This document shows, piece after piece, positions 28,935 to 37,938 of a stretch of DNA of 64,000 bases; position 1 is the stretch's first letter; each line of letters opens with the position of its first letter. Under the pieces are notes generated by a model. That model searched no databases, was not told the DNA's origin, and saw nothing but the letters and a program-made list of their open reading frames with translations. A program made the translations under genes and the position numbers. This stretch comes from Candidatus Poribacteria bacterium (GTDB lineage: Bacteria > Poribacteria > WGA-4E > WGA-3G): the NCBI GenBank assembly GCA_964291315.2, contig OZ219753.1:224001-288000 (forward strand), in the 5' to 3' direction.

Positions 28935-29897
28935 ATGCCATATGTCAAGATTCCAAAGGAATGGGAAATCCCCGAAGATCCGGTAACGTCTGAGGTAGAC
29001 TATATCAATCGCAGGAAATTCATCAAAGATTTAGGCTTGGCGAGTGCAAGTATGTTACTTTTTTCCGGATCAAGTGCTTGTGCAGCTGAAAAGGGAGTTG
29101 AGAAACAGTTGGCTCCCTTCCGTGCCCAAGGCCTTGCTGCTGAAAAGAACTCTGCCTTTGCTGTAAATAGGAAAATGACTGACGAAATAGTTGCTGCTAC
29201 CTACAATAATTACTATGAGTTTACTATGTCTAAGCGGACTGTTTGGAAAAAAGTAGAAAAATTCAGAACACGTCCGTGGGAGGTCGAGATATCAGGGCTC
29301 GTCGAAAAACCGATGACTTTGGACGTAGATGACTTAATCAGACAGATGCCACTCGAAGAACGTGTCTATCGGTTCCGTTGTGTTGAGGCATGGGCAATGG
29401 TGGTACCTTGGATCGGCTTCCCGATGAAAGCACTGCTGGAAAAAGTTCAGCCGAAAGCCGAAGCTAAATATGTCCGAATGTTCACTTTTTTGGACCCCGA
29501 TGTCGCTCTTGAGCAAAACAACACGCGTTTACCGTGGCCCTATTTTGAAGGCCTCACACTCGCTGAGTCAATGAACGACCTGACACTGCTCACTGTCGGT
29601 ATTTATGGGCATATTTTACCACCACAGCACGGTGCTCCCATACGGCTTATTGTGCCTTGGAAGTACGGGTTCAAAAGCATAAAGTCCATCGTCAGCATCG
29701 AATTGACGGATCAGAAACCACGCACTTTTTGGAATACACTTATGCCGAGAGCATATAGCTTTGAAGCAAATGTCAACCCTAACGTACCACATCCGAACTG
29801 GTCGCAAGCTAGCGAGAGAATGATTGGGACTGGAGAAAGGTTCCCGACGATGATTTACAACGGCTATGGGAGCTCTGTCGCGCACCTCTATCCCTAA
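28935..29897 (+). CDS. msrP: Protein-methionine-sulfoxide reductase catalytic subunit
   Basis: Tat motif NRRKFIK, YNNYYEF, RFRCVEAW, GAPIRLIVPWKYGFKSIKSI. Confidence 0.93.
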   Translation: MPYVKIPKEWEIPEDPVTSEVDYINRRKFIKDLGLASASMLLFSGSSACAAEKGVEKQLAPFRAQGLAAEKNSAFAVNRKMTDEIVAATYNNYYEFTMSKRTVWKKVEKFRTRPWEVEISGLVEKPMTLDVDDLIRQMPLEERVYRFRCVEAWAMVVPWIGFPMKALLEKVQPKAEAKYVRMFTFLDPDVALEQNNTRLPWPYFEGLTLAESMNDLTLLTVGIYGHILPPQHGAPIRLIVPWKYGFKSIKSIVSIELTDQKPRTFWNTLMPRAYSFEANVNPNVPHPNWSQASERMIGTGERFPTMIYNGYGSSVAHLYP

Positions 29898-30058
29898 CCT
29901 ATTTACACGTTCGCGCGGGTTTGAGATGGAATAAATAGAAAACAAGAACCAACTGAATTATTACTGCGCCAATCCTCATAATTCTACTACTCTTTGTGTA
30001 GCTATGAAAAGCGCCCCTGTGGCTGGTTCAGTTAATAGCAGCCTTGGCGTTGCAAAGT

Positions 30059-30967
30059 ATGAAATATCTTATTTGTTTTCTTTTACTGATGCCGATAGTT
30101 TCAGCATCAGCAGCTTGGAAATCAGCAGAGAGTCCACATTTTCGGGTCTATTATCGAGAGGGCACAGTGGACCCAACGTCAATCCTTCAGATTGCGGAGG
30201 ATTTCTATGCTGAGATGTCACAGTTGACAAGTCGGATGCAGGCCGGACTGATTGACATCTGGGTCTGTAATACGCATCAAGAGTTTCAAGCTTCTGTTCA
30301 TGCACCTATTCACGATTGGGCTGTCGGGTGCGCCTTTCCACTCAGCCGGCGAATCGTTATTCAGAATCCAAAGCATATAGCTCTTGCCCAACTACAACTA
30401 GTACAAGTCCTCCGCCACGAAATTGCACACGTTTTCTTTGGACAGTGCACCCGCAAGACTGTTAGAGAGATACCTTTGTGGTTTGTGGAGGGAGTCGCCA
30501 TCTATTTCGCTGATGAATGGGTACCCAATCGGCACGGAACCCTCCTCAAACATATTTTCTCGAAATCCGTACGCCCCCTGCAAGAGCTCGCTCGCAGCTT
30601 TCCACGTTCACAAACCGGGGCAGATTTGGCCTACGCTGAAAGCCAAGACGCAGTCCGCTGGTTAGTCGAAGTCAAGGGCAAAAATGTCCTATTCGAGATT
30701 ATTGGAAAACTGCAGGCAGGCAGTAATTTCAATACCGCTTTTAAAGAAAGCGTTGGATGGGACTTGAATACATATGATAGTCTTTGGCGCAAATCACTAA
30801 CCGAGCGTTACCGATGGGCCTCCCTCTTTTCTAACGCATATTTCATGTGGGGTGGACTTGGTGGGCTTGCACTCCTCAGCTACCTTGTCTGTTGGAATCG
30901 CAGACGGCGGCACCTCAGCAAACTTGCACAACAAGAAGACACTGTGGATACCTTCTTCAAAACCTAA
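30059..30967 (+). CDS. Peptidase MA-like (gluzincin) exported protein with C-terminal TM
   Basis: Signal peptide, HEIAH...PLWFVEGVA, LAYAES, C-terminal TM followed by RRRR. Confidence 0.8.
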   Translation: MKYLICFLLLMPIVSASAAWKSAESPHFRVYYREGTVDPTSILQIAEDFYAEMSQLTSRMQAGLIDIWVCNTHQEFQASVHAPIHDWAVGCAFPLSRRIVIQNPKHIALAQLQLVQVLRHEIAHVFFGQCTRKTVREIPLWFVEGVAIYFADEWVPNRHGTLLKHIFSKSVRPLQELARSFPRSQTGADLAYAESQDAVRWLVEVKGKNVLFEIIGKLQAGSNFNTAFKESVGWDLNTYDSLWRKSLTERYRWASLFSNAYFMWGGLGGLALLSYLVCWNRRRRHLSKLAQQEDTVDTFFKT

Positions 30968-30975
30968 AAAAACCG

Positions 30976-31974
30976 ATGTACACTTCTCTGATTTACGTTA
31001 TCATCTGTCTGATCTGCGTTGTTTCAATGGTGATCGCTCAACCCAAATCGCTCTTGCAATACCCTAACCAATTGACTCGCGATGGACACGTCGTTGTGCT
31101 CCCCGGCCACGGCACCGTCTATATTGTCTCTGACCTGCATGCGCACTGGGACGATTTTAACCGATGGCTGCAGCTCACAAATCTCATTGAACGGATTCAA
31201 GCGGGCGAAGATGTTTATGGTTTAATACTCGGGGATGCGATTGATTATAAACCAAGTGAGCCCAGGCACTCCCCTTACGGGGATATACTTATTGTTGACC
31301 GAGTGATGGAACTCCACAAGCGACTTGGCGATAAAGGTAAGAGGCTTATCTACGTCCGGGGCAATCACGAATTCGCCGCAGCAGAGGCTTATGCAATGCT
31401 CAAAAGGATGGGAATGACAGCAGAAAATCGGTCCCACTTTATTCGCTTGCTCTATGAGAGCCCGTCTGGCGCTTACTATGAACAGTTCAACTTCATTGAA
31501 AGAATGACCGATCTGCATTATGAATTCCTGATGAATTTACCCACGGTCGTTGTTGCGAAAAATGGATTCGTCGGTGTTCATGCCGGACCGGCGCGTTTTG
31601 TCACAAGCTTTGACGATCTCGTTGAGCCTGATTCCAAGACCTTAGAGGAACTCCTTTGGCCCCGGCCGGAAATCGCATATACAGGCGGATACACTCTAAG
31701 ACATATTGAAAAATTTCTTAAAGTTCTCCAGGGCAACCTGCTCATCGTTGGGCACACGCCGATCAGTTATTTTCCAAAAAAAAACGTCAGAGATGGTATA
31801 GCGACATTCGGAGAAAACCAGATTATTTTCTCGACTGGCTATAGCGGTCCACCGGGAATCCAAGCATATATAGAAATTGACTTGGCAGATACCTATCCTT
31901 CCGTACACGCGCTGAAGTTGGGCGCGAATATCCATCATCTTTACAATGATAGCGGAAAACTAGAGAAGCATTAG
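30976..31974 (+). CDS. Exported calcineurin-like metallophosphoesterase
   Basis: SDLH, GDAID, RGNHE, VHAG, VGHTP motifs; ATG at 30976 gives a signal peptide. Confidence 0.85.
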   Translation: MYTSLIYVIICLICVVSMVIAQPKSLLQYPNQLTRDGHVVVLPGHGTVYIVSDLHAHWDDFNRWLQLTNLIERIQAGEDVYGLILGDAIDYKPSEPRHSPYGDILIVDRVMELHKRLGDKGKRLIYVRGNHEFAAAEAYAMLKRMGMTAENRSHFIRLLYESPSGAYYEQFNFIERMTDLHYEFLMNLPTVVVAKNGFVGVHAGPARFVTSFDDLVEPDSKTLEELLWPRPEIAYTGGYTLRHIEKFLKVLQGNLLIVGHTPISYFPKKNVRDGIATFGENQIIFSTGYSGPPGIQAYIEIDLADTYPSVHALKLGANIHHLYNDSGKLEKH

Positions 31975-32004
31975 CGGTATGCTTTTATAGGAAAGCTGCA
32001 CATT

Positions 32005-32892
32005 ATGCGACCACTCATTTACATCATGACTCCTGTGCTGATCCTCGCTGTTCTCTTCGCTTCTCGTTATGTAACGTGGGACGCAATAAAGGGCGAAAAT
32101 CCGCATGCACAAGCATATGTTCAAAAAGGGACTCTCTCGCTGAGGACATGGAATATTCGGAAGTCAATAGCAGCATTCACGAAAGCAATTGAGATTGAAC
32201 CGCGGTATGCTGAAGCCTACGTCAAGCGTGGACTTGCCTATTACCGTGCCGGAGCTTACAAAGCAGCGATAACAGATTATACTCGAACCTTAGCACTCAA
32301 GCGGTATGAGGCAGATGCTTACGCCAGTCGTGGCGATACGTATCGCGCGTTGGATAACGCGCAAAGTGCGATCGCAGATTATAACGCTTCACTAAAAAAA
32401 AGGTGGAGTGCAAGGGTCATGCGGAAACGGGCAGAAACCTATTGGCAATACGGGGCTGTTCAGGATGCACTGACAGACTATGACGCTGTGATTAAGCGAC
32501 AGCCGAGCGCGGTGGCTTATTATGCTCGTGGGAATGTCTATCACCAGCTTTTTACGCAAGGTGACAAAGAGCGTTTGAAACTTGCTTTGATGGATCTAGA
32601 TCAGGCTATTGCACTCGACCCACGCTTCGCTCATGCCTATATGAGTCGCGGACTGATTTACGAATACTTAGGAGAACAGACATCAGCAACCGCTGACTAT
32701 ACACACGTCTTAGAACTCCTGACCGAAGCAATCAGGGCCTGGCAAGATAATGGTAGTGTCCTCATACAAGCCCGCTATTGGCGTGCCTTGGTTTATCGGA
32801 AGCTGGGTTGGATTGATAAGGCGCGCAAAGAAGTTCATGAGGCAAACATGCGCGTTTTCAGTTTTTTTGTTGAAAAAGTGCAAAAAATGTGA
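32005..32892 (+). CDS. Tetratricopeptide-repeat protein, membrane anchored
   Basis: Repeated AY..RG..Y...G....AI.DY units. Confidence 0.85.
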   Translation: MRPLIYIMTPVLILAVLFASRYVTWDAIKGENPHAQAYVQKGTLSLRTWNIRKSIAAFTKAIEIEPRYAEAYVKRGLAYYRAGAYKAAITDYTRTLALKRYEADAYASRGDTYRALDNAQSAIADYNASLKKRWSARVMRKRAETYWQYGAVQDALTDYDAVIKRQPSAVAYYARGNVYHQLFTQGDKERLKLALMDLDQAIALDPRFAHAYMSRGLIYEYLGEQTSATADYTHVLELLTEAIRAWQDNGSVLIQARYWRALVYRKLGWIDKARKEVHEANMRVFSFFVEKVQKM

Positions 32893-32898
32893 TATATT
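32870..32898 (+). promoter_or_regulatory. sigma70-like promoter for the BMC genes
   Basis: TTGAAA-17 bp-TATATT with extended TG. Confidence 0.5.
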
Positions 32899-33019
32899 AT
32901 ATTAATACTTAAAAACGTTTTGCTCAATTTTTTTTTTTTCTGTATTGCCTGCACATGATGGCTCATAATTACTCACGTGTTTATTGTTGAATTTTTAATC
33001 GGAGGCTATTAGGATTAAT

Positions 33020-33295
33020 ATGACCGGAGATGCATTGGGTTTGATTGAAACCAGAGGTTTGATTGGAAGTGTTGAAGCTGCAGATACGATGGTGAAAGCC
33101 GCAAATGTTCAACTCGTCGGCTATCAGCAAGTTGGTGGTGGCTACGTAACAGTTATGGTTCGGGGCGATGTTGGAGCAGTAAAAGCTGCAACAGATGCTG
33201 GTGCCGAGGCGGCTGCGCGAGTCGGTGAAGTTGTTTCTGTCCACGTGATTCCACGACCACACGCAGATGTTGAAACTCTTTTACGGGAAGCGTAA
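33020..33295 (+). CDS. Bacterial microcompartment hexameric shell protein (BMC-H, EutM/PduA/CcmK family)
   Basis: [38 protein letters not shown]. Confidence 0.95.
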   Translation: MTGDALGLIETRGLIGSVEAADTMVKAANVQLVGYQQVGGGYVTVMVRGDVGAVKAATDAGAEAAARVGEVVSVHVIPRPHADVETLLREA

Positions 33296-33365
33296 CGTGT
33301 GGGTTAGGTCAATTGATTGGACGCTATTTCTAACTTTCGGAGTGTCTTAAAAAGGCAAGTGAGAG

Positions 33366-34079
33366 ATGTCAGAACAAGCCCTTGTTGAGTTGATTACCCG
33401 TCGTGTTGTCAATAGACTCACGACAAACCAAGCGTGTAGCGGTTGTGCTTTGCGAACCTGTGCGGCAGGAAGCCGCGCGTGTGACGTTGTCGCGCAACAG
33501 CAGCAGATTCCTGTTGGCGTTTCTGCACGGCATGCGCATGTAACACAAGAGCACCTTGAAATTCTCTATGGGGTTGGCCACCAACTCACTGTCTATGCTC
33601 CTCTCTATCAACCCGGCGCGTTCGCTGCAAATGAAACTGTAACCATCGTTGGGAAACGGATGCGCGCTATTGAAGCCGTTCGGATTCTCGGTCCTGTACG
33701 AGACTACTCTCAAGTCGAAGTCGCGCAAACGGAAGCTATTCGACTCGGATTAAAACCACCTATCCGAGATTCCGGGGACCTCAAGGGTGCAGAACCTATT
33801 ACGTTTGTCGGGCCCGCCGGAAGTATTTATTTGGAAGAAGGTGCAATCTGTGCAACACGACACATTCATATGACTCCTAAAGATGCTGAGGCTCTTCGTA
33901 TCCACGAGGAAGACCTGCTAAAGGTAAGGTTTCCTGGGGAGCGCGCTTTAACGTTTGAAAACGTGCGCCCGAAGATTTCTGAGGGGTATGTGCTCCAAAT
34001 GCACTTAGATACCGATGACTCCAACGCCGCTGGCCTGAAAGGCGGCGAACCCGTTGAAATCGTGCACGATTCACGATAA
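33366..34079 (+). CDS. pduL: PduL phosphotransacylase with N-terminal encapsulation-peptide-like helix
   Basis: IPVGVSARHAH, QPGAFAA, RILGP, RHIHM, MHLDTDDSNAA; N-terminal LVELITRRVVNRL. Confidence 0.9.
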   Translation: MSEQALVELITRRVVNRLTTNQACSGCALRTCAAGSRACDVVAQQQQIPVGVSARHAHVTQEHLEILYGVGHQLTVYAPLYQPGAFAANETVTIVGKRMRAIEAVRILGPVRDYSQVEVAQTEAIRLGLKPPIRDSGDLKGAEPITFVGPAGSIYLEEGAICATRHIHMTPKDAEALRIHEEDLLKVRFPGERALTFENVRPKISEGYVLQMHLDTDDSNAAGLKGGEPVEIVHDSR

Positions 34080-34112
34080 AACTTTGCAGGTTTCTTGCAA
34101 TTTCAAACCGAC

Positions 34113-34847
34113 ATGAATCAAGAACTGATTGAACAGATTAGGAAAGCTGTGGAGAAGGTGCTGCGAGAGCAAACGTCCGCTACTACAGGTGTTGAAAACG
34201 AAAAACGACTACTCGCTATCTTCGGGGCCACACAACTTGAATTGGATGAGCCACTTCAGCAGCTTCGAATCTGTGAACAAAACGGATGGAAAGTTACAAT
34301 AATTTTGTCTGAACTTGCAACTAAAGTTTTGAATCTTGAACCAATTTATGATGCATTTGGTAGAGATAATATTTTAGCGGAGCATGTTTTAAACGACATA
34401 CCGGCTCTTGTGGCAGCATATCAACACATAGTAATTCCCGCTTTTTCGCATCCGATGGTCGCGAAGCTTGCCTTAAGACTGGTGGACACGCCGTGTAGTT
34501 ACCTGATTTTTGAGGCTCTCTCTAAAGGGAAAAGGGTTATAGCTGCCTCAGACACATTGGATCAAAGTGAGACATCTACAAAAATTGGCGCTATTGAGCT
34601 CCAATATGTAAACGTTTTGTCCGAAATAGGCGTTCAATTGGTACCGATACTGAAAATTGCTGGGTCAGTCACGGCGGAAACAGGCAGTTTATCTGTCACT
34701 ACAAGCGAGGCATTAATTAGCGCATCGACGATTGCAAATTTGGCTGCAAATGTACACGAGTTGGTTTACGCAAACTCTGCGATTATTACGCCCCTGGCTC
34801 GTGAATATGCCAAAAAAAGAGGGATCAAGCTGATGTCCAAGGATTAA
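34113..34847 (+). CDS. BMC-associated flavoprotein-like protein with encapsulation-peptide-like N-terminus
   Basis: LIEQIRKAVEKVL helix, VAKLALRLVDT, C-terminal AIITPLARE. Confidence 0.7.
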   Translation: MNQELIEQIRKAVEKVLREQTSATTGVENEKRLLAIFGATQLELDEPLQQLRICEQNGWKVTIILSELATKVLNLEPIYDAFGRDNILAEHVLNDIPALVAAYQHIVIPAFSHPMVAKLALRLVDTPCSYLIFEALSKGKRVIAASDTLDQSETSTKIGAIELQYVNVLSEIGVQLVPILKIAGSVTAETGSLSVTTSEALISASTIANLAANVHELVYANSAIITPLAREYAKKRGIKLMSKD

Positions 34848-34904
34848 GGTGGAGGGGCGTGTGTTCTGAAGTACGGGGGTTTGACACCAAAAACTGATTA
34901 TTCC

Positions 34905-34933
34905 TTGACAATTCTTGAAGAAAACTGTATGAT
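34905..34933 (+). promoter_or_regulatory. sigma70-like promoter for the 35025..39354 genes
   Basis: TTGACA-17 bp-TATGAT. Confidence 0.7.
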
Positions 34934-35024
34934 GTTGTTAACACTTTATGATACTATTGCAATAGGTATAAGAAGCTATTAGTAGTACCAAATCGAGGAG
35001 ATAAAGATAGATAGGAGGATTTTC

Positions 35025-36656
35025 ATGAAACCCCGGATTTCCATTTTTAGCGCAGTATGCGTGATTAGTTGCTTTCTAACTTTTGGATTGCTGAGTCCCA
35101 TCACTGCAGATTACGATTATTACGCAGACCGGCTCAGTCGTGAGCATCGAGTGGCAAATGAGGTTGACGAATGGATAGAACGTGGGAATGCCACTATTAC
35201 CACAAGTCCACGGTTTGAAGATGGTGTAAGACTCACGGCTTGGGCAAGTGCTGCTCAGAACGCTGATGAATATGAATTTGCGATTGCAAGTGCTGTGTAT
35301 CTCTTTGAAATTCCAGTGGGTGCACAGTATATTGAGATTCTAGTGAGATACCGAGGGGAGCCACATCGCTTAGAGATTGAAGATTATGAAGAACCTATTG
35401 CGGGGCGTGCTTGGATTCGTAACACCAAGCGCGAAGCAACAAGGCGCGGTTATTACGACGAAAATGCCAGCGAAACCCGTTATGGCGACACTTTCATGCT
35501 TCGGGCGAAAAACCGGTCTGAACGTATTAAGATTCCCTCCGTGGGGCATGTAAAGGAGGGTTGGATGGAACTCCATATTGTTGCTGAAGGTGGTGAGCAG
35601 ATCGATGTAGAACATATTGAGGTTTCCACCTATCGTAGACAGCCGAAGGTTAGAGTTATTCAACGATACACGCCGACCTATCGTTGGCGTCCGTGGCACC
35701 GCTACACTTATCTCTACTTTTATGATGGGCCGGTCTACTACGCAACAGACTACGACTACTACCTCCGATGGAGCTACCCCATCTACGATCACCACTACCT
35801 CTCTATCCGTTCATATTATGGTGGGTACCTTGGCCGCTACCGCGGTTATCATCCGGCTGCGTATTACCGCCGCTATTCGCCATATTCTGGATATTACTCC
35901 GGTTCCTACTACCATGGGACACCGAAGGTTTATCAGCGGCGAACCCGGCTGAATAAGTGGAGCTCACAGCATGAAACAACGCGTCGGCAGTATAGCCGCG
36001 GTCGGTTGGCAGCAAATAGCCTGCGAGTGGACAGAGCTGCAGTACGCAGAAGCGTGAGGACGACCCTCGAAAACCACCGCAGACAAACACCAGCGTCAGC
36101 AGATCGGGTTTCACGTCACTCAATTATCGCTCAGAAACAGCGAGCCCTTGCATCCACTTCAACACTTCGCCAAAGGAATGTCAAACAGCGCGTCTATGCT
36201 TCTGGAAGGAAGGTCGGTAAACAGAGACGTTATCCTGTTGGCACAACGAGCTACAGTAGGTCCGCACAAACACAGCGGACGGTGCCGCTGTATAGACGTT
36301 CGCCTACTACATCTTCGCGGCGATCTGTCTTTTCAAGTAAAAGTAGCAACGCGGTTTCAAAGTATAGAAGCACGACTTCAAGCTCAAGGACTTCACGTTC
36401 AAATACGAGCGTCAGTCGTTCACGGGTGTCCCGTGAACCAACGAGCGTTAGTCGACCCAGTACAACGAGCTCGTCAAGGTCACGTACGAGCGTTAGTCGA
36501 TCGACTTCTACAAAAAGGCGGACCCGTCCGACGACATCAAACTCTAGTTCATCGAGTACGCGTTCAAGTAGTAATGATGATGATGATGAGAATCGGAGCC
36601 AAAGTCGAAGCAGTAGCCGGAGCCGGACGACGGAACGGACAAAACGGCGGCGTTAA
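35025..36656 (+). CDS. Secreted protein: beta-rich domain, Tyr-rich segment and Arg/Ser-rich disordered tail
   Basis: RBS AGGAGG, signal peptide, composition visible in the translation, TSVSR repeated three times. Confidence 0.8.
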   Translation: MKPRISIFSAVCVISCFLTFGLLSPITADYDYYADRLSREHRVANEVDEWIERGNATITTSPRFEDGVRLTAWASAAQNADEYEFAIASAVYLFEIPVGAQYIEILVRYRGEPHRLEIEDYEEPIAGRAWIRNTKREATRRGYYDENASETRYGDTFMLRAKNRSERIKIPSVGHVKEGWMELHIVAEGGEQIDVEHIEVSTYRRQPKVRVIQRYTPTYRWRPWHRYTYLYFYDGPVYYATDYDYYLRWSYPIYDHHYLSIRSYYGGYLGRYRGYHPAAYYRRYSPYSGYYSGSYYHGTPKVYQRRTRLNKWSSQHETTRRQYSRGRLAANSLRVDRAAVRRSVRTTLENHRRQTPASADRVSRHSIIAQKQRALASTSTLRQRNVKQRVYASGRKVGKQRRYPVGTTSYSRSAQTQRTVPLYRRSPTTSSRRSVFSSKSSNAVSKYRSTTSSSRTSRSNTSVSRSRVSREPTSVSRPSTTSSSRSRTSVSRSTSTKRRTRPTTSNSSSSSTRSSSNDDDDENRSQSRSSSRSRTTERTKRRR

Positions 36657-36701
36657 GATGTTCATAGGAGTAGGGTAGGCTTCGCGTAATCATTTGGGAA
36701 C

Positions 36702-37292
36702 GTGGAGCCTACATATCAGATGCAATTGTTGAGAGTTTTATTGGTTATTTTACTGCTTTTTTTTAGTATCTCTGCCGGTTTTGCACAAGACACTGAAAAT
36801 AAAACTGAACCTGAGCAGAGGGTACCCGAGGCGGATGCCGGAGGTAAACTGGTGTCACCGATTGGGGCGATGATCCGTTCTGCTATTTTCCCGGGATGGG
36901 GGCAATTTTATAGCCGTGGTTACCTCCGGAGCAGCTTGACTGTTTTGGGAGTAGGCGGTTCTGCTATCGGTGCCTTATTGGCACAAAGATCTTTTAATAA
37001 CCGTTACAATGCTTACGCCACTTATGCCAGTACAAATCCTCATGATGAAGCCGGGGTATTTGAAAGATACGACTACGCAAATCAACGTTACAAGCTCAGA
37101 ACGTTTTTTATGTACACTGGTATCGGTATTTGGGTTTATAGTCTCATTGACTCCTATGTAAGTTCAAACTTCTACAACGCTGAAACCCTGGTTCAGTCTA
37201 TCCAAAAAGACGCACAAGACATGGAGAAAGTGGGAATTGAGATCGGTGCCACCCCTTTCCAGCTTTATTTTGGCGTTGTTAGAACTTTTTAG
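36702..37292 (+). CDS. DUF5683-like envelope protein
   Basis: SPIGAMIRSAIFPGWGQFY and WVYSLIDSYV motifs; signal peptide; C-terminal Phe. Confidence 0.7.
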   Translation: MEPTYQMQLLRVLLVILLLFFSISAGFAQDTENKTEPEQRVPEADAGGKLVSPIGAMIRSAIFPGWGQFYSRGYLRSSLTVLGVGGSAIGALLAQRSFNNRYNAYATYASTNPHDEAGVFERYDYANQRYKLRTFFMYTGIGIWVYSLIDSYVSSNFYNAETLVQSIQKDAQDMEKVGIEIGATPFQLYFGVVRTF

Positions 37293-37317
37293 ATTTAAAA
37301 AGGGAGAACACTCAACT

Positions 37318-37878
37318 ATGTTTAGGGGTTTTATAAAAATCGGGGGCATTCTCGTTTTACTTGTAGCTTTTATCGGGTGCGGGGATGCCGAAAAAGTCGG
37401 TCAGGTTCCACCTGAAGAACTCCTTCAAATTAATAAAGTTTTAGAACGTTGGCGTGAAGGTTATGAGACGGAAGATGTCAATACCTACATCGGTGCTTTC
37501 TGGGAGGAGGGTTTCCTTTATGTTTCCGATATGGGGACAGATGGGGACAAAACAGACGATCTGGAATTTGACGACATCCGACAAGAACGTGATGCTGCGA
37601 CTCGTGTCTTTGATCAGTTTCAGGATATTGAGATAGAACTTTCCGCGCCACCAGAGATTTCTATGAACGAAGACGGAGATCAAGCAGAGGTCCGAAACCA
37701 CTATAGAATCCAAGGATTTGTAGCAGACGGTCAGTCGCTTGAAGGTGGATATACGGGATGGTTTGCCGAAGGGGATAACCTCTTTATTTTTGAAAAAAGA
37801 AATGATGAATGGCGTATTACCGAATGGCATGACGAAGCCTACAACGACGAAGAAATTCGTCAAGCTAATAACCTATAG
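37318..37878 (+). CDS. Acidic lipoprotein with NTF2/SnoaL-like fold
   Basis: Lipobox FIGC; W..GYETEDV..Y and FIFEKRNDEWRITEW patterns; ATG at 37318 after AGGGAG. Confidence 0.7.
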   Translation: MFRGFIKIGGILVLLVAFIGCGDAEKVGQVPPEELLQINKVLERWREGYETEDVNTYIGAFWEEGFLYVSDMGTDGDKTDDLEFDDIRQERDAATRVFDQFQDIEIELSAPPEISMNEDGDQAEVRNHYRIQGFVADGQSLEGGYTGWFAEGDNLFIFEKRNDEWRITEWHDEAYNDEEIRQANNL

Positions 37879-37938
37879 ATGGAAGAGTAAGGAGAGTTAA
37901 TTTCTAGTCCATGTGCAGGACGGAAATTCTGTATATTC

